Assembly (NCBI GenBank): GCA_004563595.2
Contig: CP042461.1
Coordinates: 1,170,001-1,202,000 of the forward strand
Source: Candidatus Saccharimonadota bacterium
Lineage (GTDB): Bacteria; Patescibacteriota; Gracilibacteria; BD1-5; UBA6164
Length of the DNA stretch: 32,000 nucleotides
Direction: 5' to 3'
The position numbers were made by a program, and so were the translations under genes. Positions 28,397 to 32,000 of this stretch are shown here, in pieces (positions within the stretch are counted from its first letter, which is position 1; each line of letters opens with the position of its first letter). The notes beneath the pieces are model-generated. The model was not told the DNA's origin and did no database searches. It worked only from the letters and a program-made list of their open reading frames with translations.

Positions 28397-30577
28397 CTTC
28401 ATTTTTTCTGCATCATCTGTATACTTTTCTCTAAATTTTAGATCATATTTATCTCACGTATATCCTATTTTTTCATCACATTTTGGACAATAATCATGTT
28501 CTCAAGTGATATACCCATGAGTAGGACATATAGAGAATGTGGGTGAAACTGTAATATATGGAAGTTGATAGGTTCCTATTACATTTCTGACAAAGTTTTT
28601 ACATGACTGACTATCTGTTAATCTTTCTCACATATACAAATGAAGAACTGTCCCTCAAGTATATTTACATTGAAGTTCATTTTGCTGATCTAGTGCTTCA
28701 AAAGGATCATCCGTAAATCCTACTGGGAGCTGTGAGGAGTTGGTGTAATATGGTGCTTCAGTAGTTCCTGATTGAATAATATTTGGCATTTGCTTCTTAT
28801 CTTCACGAGCAAATCTATAAGTTGTCCCTTCTGCTGGTGTTGCTTCAAGATTATACATATTTCCAGTTTCTTCTTGAAATTCTTTGAGAGTATCCCTCAT
28901 ATAATCTAGAATTTCAGTTGAAAACTCTTTTCCCCATTTACTCGCAACATTTTCTTTCCCTTTTGTAAAATTAAGAATCGCTTCATTCATACCATTTAAT
29001 CAGATGGTAGAAAAATGATTTCTAAAACTTCTTAAATATCTATATGTATATGGATATAATCCAGAATTTAACCATTTTGTGATTGTTTTTCTTTTAAGTT
29101 CAAGTGAGATTTTTGCTTGTTCCATTAAGTGTTCCACTTGTGTTTTAAATCCTTCTTTATCTCAAGCAAAAGTATATCAGATACGAGCTAGGTTCAGAGT
29201 CACCACTCCAATACTTCCAGTCATTTCTGCTGAACCAAAAAGTCCATTTCATCTTTTCTCAAGTTGTGAGAGGTCAAGTTGTAATCTACAACACATAGAT
29301 CTTACCGCTCCTGGTTTATATGCATCTGGATTTTCTACTGATTCATATTCTCCATCTTCTTTTTGTACTCTTTTGAACTGAGATCATACAAAGTTTTGGA
29401 AGTATGGTAATCCGTATTTAGCTGTCATTTCAAATAAAGCATTAATATCTGGGTCATCCCATGGGAAATCTTCTGTGATATTATATGTTGGAATTGGGAA
29501 TGTGAATACTCTTCCTTTTCTATCTCATTTTACATATACATCAATAAGTGCTCTGTTTATAATCCTCATCTCAGGTTCTAAATCACCATATTTTTTCTTA
29601 TAGTGCCCTTGTTCAGTTCCTCCAAGGAATAATGATTTTTCTTTGAGGTCATCTGGAACGGTCCAATCAAGAGTTATATTTGTAAATGGAGTTTGTGTCC
29701 CCCATCTACTTGGTACATTTAACCCAAAAATGAAATTTTGCATTTGTTGATAGACATATTTATATGTTTTATCATCAATATAGTTTTGTTTTTCTTTTTC
29801 AGTTTTAAAGCTTGCATTTGTTTCTTGTAATTCCTGAATTGTTTCTTCTTTATATTTATGAACATATGGAGCAAGGTAAGTATCAAAAGATGAAAATGCT
29901 TGTGCTCATGCCCATTCATTTTGAAGGGTTCAAAGGAAGTTTATCATTTGATTTACTGCAGCTTGTAGGTTCTTTGCTGGGCCTGAATCGATTCTATTAT
30001 CACTCCCATTAAATCATTCTTCAAGTAACGCTCTCAAACTCCACCCAGCACAATATCCACAAAACATATCAAGATCATGGATATGCATATCTCAGTTTCT
30101 ATGTAGGTTTCAAACTTCAGCTGGGTATATGTGAGAGAGCCAATAGTTCGCTGTTACTTTTCATGATAGGTTTAATATCATTCAACCCAATGAATACCCA
30201 GAGTTTGCATTTGCATTTACTCTCCAGTCTGATTTATCAAGGTATTCTTCCATACTTTGCCCTACTTCTATCACGACATTTCTATCTGATCTTTGTTCTG
30301 ATCTTTTTTCTCTATATACGATATACTTTTTTACTACTTCATCATGTCATTCTTTTATAAGTGCTTCTTCTACAGCATCTTGTATAAGTTCAACTGATGG
30401 GATTTCATTCCCTACTTCTGCCTCTATTAGAGCTATAGCAATATTTGTAATGGTTTTTACGGATTCAAAATTATCTCATCCAGCTGCTTTAATCGACTGA
30501 ACTAATGCTTCTTCAATTTTTGTTCTATCAAAAGATATAATAGCTCAATTCCTTTTTTTTACTTTGTATATAGGCAT
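28373..30577 (-). CDS. nrdD: anaerobic ribonucleoside-triphosphate reductase (class III), main body ending after the Zn ribbon
   Basis: ATG 30577..30575; the frame links track ORFs 29525..29743 and 28655..28990 through TGA codons to TAA 28375..28373 (735 codons). It has an N-terminal ATP-cone (VKKRNGAIISFDRTKI). Other motifs: HIHDLDMF, SMCCRLQL, GSIGVVTLNLARIG, EATPAEG, PYYTNSSQLP, GGTVLHLY, PTFSICPTHGYITGEHDYCPKC. Confidence 0.9.
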
Positions 30578-30611
30578 AAGAGAACATGATAATTATCTAA
30601 AATAAAAAGCA

Positions 30612-30625
30612 AGCACATGTAGTGT
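30612..30625. promoter_or_regulatory. NrdR-box-like operator (pair A, promoter-proximal)
   Basis: agcacatgtagtgt lies 33 bp centre-to-centre from the box at 30645, downstream of the candidate -10. Confidence 0.5.
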
Positions 30626-30637
30626 TTACATATTTTT

Positions 30638-30666
30638 ATAATATACAATATATAGTGTTTTTACAA
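30638..30666 (-). promoter_or_regulatory. candidate nrdD promoter with an NrdR box in the spacer
   Basis: The minus strand reads TTGTAA (30666..30661), a 17-nt spacer, then TATTAT (30643..30638). The spacer contains the box acactatatattgt. Confidence 0.45.
30645..30658. promoter_or_regulatory. NrdR-box-like operator (pair A)
   Basis: acaatatatagtgt (reverse complement acactatatattgt) closely matches the palindromic NrdR-box consensus as remembered (acaCwAtATaTwGtgt). Confidence 0.65.
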
Positions 30667-30742
30667 ATTTTTTGAGGTATTTTAGATTGACTATTTTCAT
30701 ATATATTTCAGTGGAATTTTAAGGTCTGAATTTATAGCGCAA

Positions 30743-30756
30743 AACTAGATCTAGAT
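30743..30756. promoter_or_regulatory. NrdR-box-like palindrome (pair B)
   Basis: aaCTAGATCTAGat contains a perfect 10-bp palindrome and matches 8 of 10 core consensus positions. It is 33 bp from the box at 30776. Confidence 0.4.
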
Positions 30757-30775
30757 AAATTTAAATTTAAACAAT

Positions 30776-30789
30776 ACAATATATAGTGC
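30776..30789. promoter_or_regulatory. NrdR-box-like operator (pair B)
   Basis: acaatatatagtgc, with the surrounding atacaatatatagtg(c/t)ttt, duplicates the 30645 site almost exactly. Confidence 0.6.
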
Positions 30790-30926
30790 TTTTCTGTTTT
30801 AAATTTATTATTATCATAATAACAATAAATAACTTGCAATAACCTCCTAAATTCATACAATCCATGCACCTGGGCAAGGTGTCATATAATCTATGGCGAA
30901 TTCTTAATTATATTAAGAGTTTAAAT

Positions 30927-30962
30927 AAAACCCCATACATAATATATTATGTATGGGGTTTT
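30927..30962. terminator. intrinsic terminator after the class I alpha gene
   Basis: aaaaCCCCATACATAATatATTATGTATGGGGtttt is a long perfect palindrome with flanking A and T runs. Confidence 0.8.
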
Positions 30963-30976
30963 ATGATTGGAGTTAT

Positions 30977-32000
30977 CTATCCACTACAACTTACACATTC
31001 TTTCACATCTAAACTCATTGATCTTACATAATACACTGTTTTAATCCCTTGTTTCCAAGATTTCATGTAGTATCTATATAAGTCAGCTGGAGATGTTTCT
31101 TGGGGGTTTATAATCCATTCAAATGATGCTGATTGGTCAATCCATTTGTAGACAACACTCATCATATCAATAACATCTTCCATATCCATGTTTACGTACT
31201 CTTTGTAATACCAGAAATTTTCAGAGTTTAGGTTGGGGGCAACTACAACTGTTGGAGCAACCTTATTTGTTTCTACGAAATATCTCTTATAAATCGGGAG
31301 CATAGCAGCTGTTGTTCAGACGACTCATGCTGTTGAAGTATTTGGAGCTGGAGCTAAGTGATATGCAAACCTCATACCATCTTTTTTGATATTATCAATA
31401 AGTTTACTCCACTTACCAGACATTTTAGAGTTATTTTTAAACCAATTTTTATCTTTTCAAATTATGATTCATTTTGACCATTCCGATCATTCATATATAT
31501 CATATGTACCTCTTTGTTTTGCTAATTCATTTGAAGCTTTAAATGTATGATATGCAAATAATTCCATAACTTCATCCATTTTATCTCTTGCTTCTTTTGT
31601 ATCATAAGCAAGCTTACTACATGCTAAGAATTCTGCTACTCATAAGAATCATACTCATACTGACCTATATTTTTTTGCTGTCAATTCAGCTTCTTTGATT
31701 GGATAATAATTCAAATCAATAACATTATCAAGAATCCTCATTACAACTGGAGTTACTTTTTCTATTTCCTCAGCTGTATTTACTTTCCCAATATTTATTG
31801 AAGCCAGATTACATACTACTGTATCTCAAGGAGTATATTTGATAACTATATTACCATCCTCAATTGCTTCTTCTACATATTTAGAAGCTGATGTATTTTG
31901 ACAAATCTCAGTACATAATTGTGTAGAATAAATATTTCAAGCATGTTTATTTGGATTGAGTTTGTTTACGGTATCACGATAGAATACATATGGCATTCCT
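30977..32000 (-). CDS. class I ribonucleotide reductase alpha (large) subunit, C-terminal part (gene continues beyond the window end)
   Basis: This is the frame of track ORF 30977..31303, extended upstream through TGA codons to the window edge. The C-terminus is WKQGIKTVYYVRSMSLDVKECVSCSG, with the typical YY and CxxC tail. TAG at 30979..30977. Confidence 0.85.

Noticed and set aside
1-32000. The window was searched for rRNA, tRNA (including a tRNA-Gly-UCA), CRISPR arrays, transposases/IS ends and integrases.
   Set aside because: None was found. There is no T-loop consensus in a cloverleaf context, no regularly spaced direct repeats beyond the 19-bp doublet and the in-gene 453-nt repeat, and no DDE or recombinase motifs in any translated frame I examined.

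Overview
The window is visibly AT-rich bacterial DNA that only makes sense if TGA is read as glycine (translation table 25). This suggests a Gracilibacteria/Absconditabacteria-type Candidate Phyla Radiation genome. Reading only TAA/TAG as stops merges the fragmented six-frame track into about 35 tightly packed genes. These include ung, a pentapeptide-repeat protein, a glutamate-5-kinase-like plus DAP-decarboxylase-like pair, and cell-envelope glycopolymer enzymes (pyruvyl transferase, GT4, WecB/TagA). Also present are a higBA-like toxin-antitoxin pair, comM, holB, a prepilin-type NHL-repeat protein, a PHP phosphoesterase, hflX and trxB. A 1197-codon secreted nuclease is anchored by a C-terminal TM helix (Cys-repeats + PKD + lamin-tail + SNase). 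A ribonucleotide-reductase supercluster holds class I alpha and beta, nrdR, nrdG and class III nrdD, with paired NrdR-box-like operators. The most unusual features are: (1) nrdD is interrupted just upstream of its glycyl-radical motif by a ~294-nt in-frame segment carrying two TAA codons and a GC-rich multi-hairpin element; (2) several small genes have no TGA at all, strong Shine-Dalgarno sites and their own terminators, embedded among TGA-rich neighbours; (3) an orphan unit of consensus promoter, 18-codon ORF and terminator. No rRNA, tRNA, CRISPR array or transposase was recognised. All calls come from manual translation and motif recall, with no database search.
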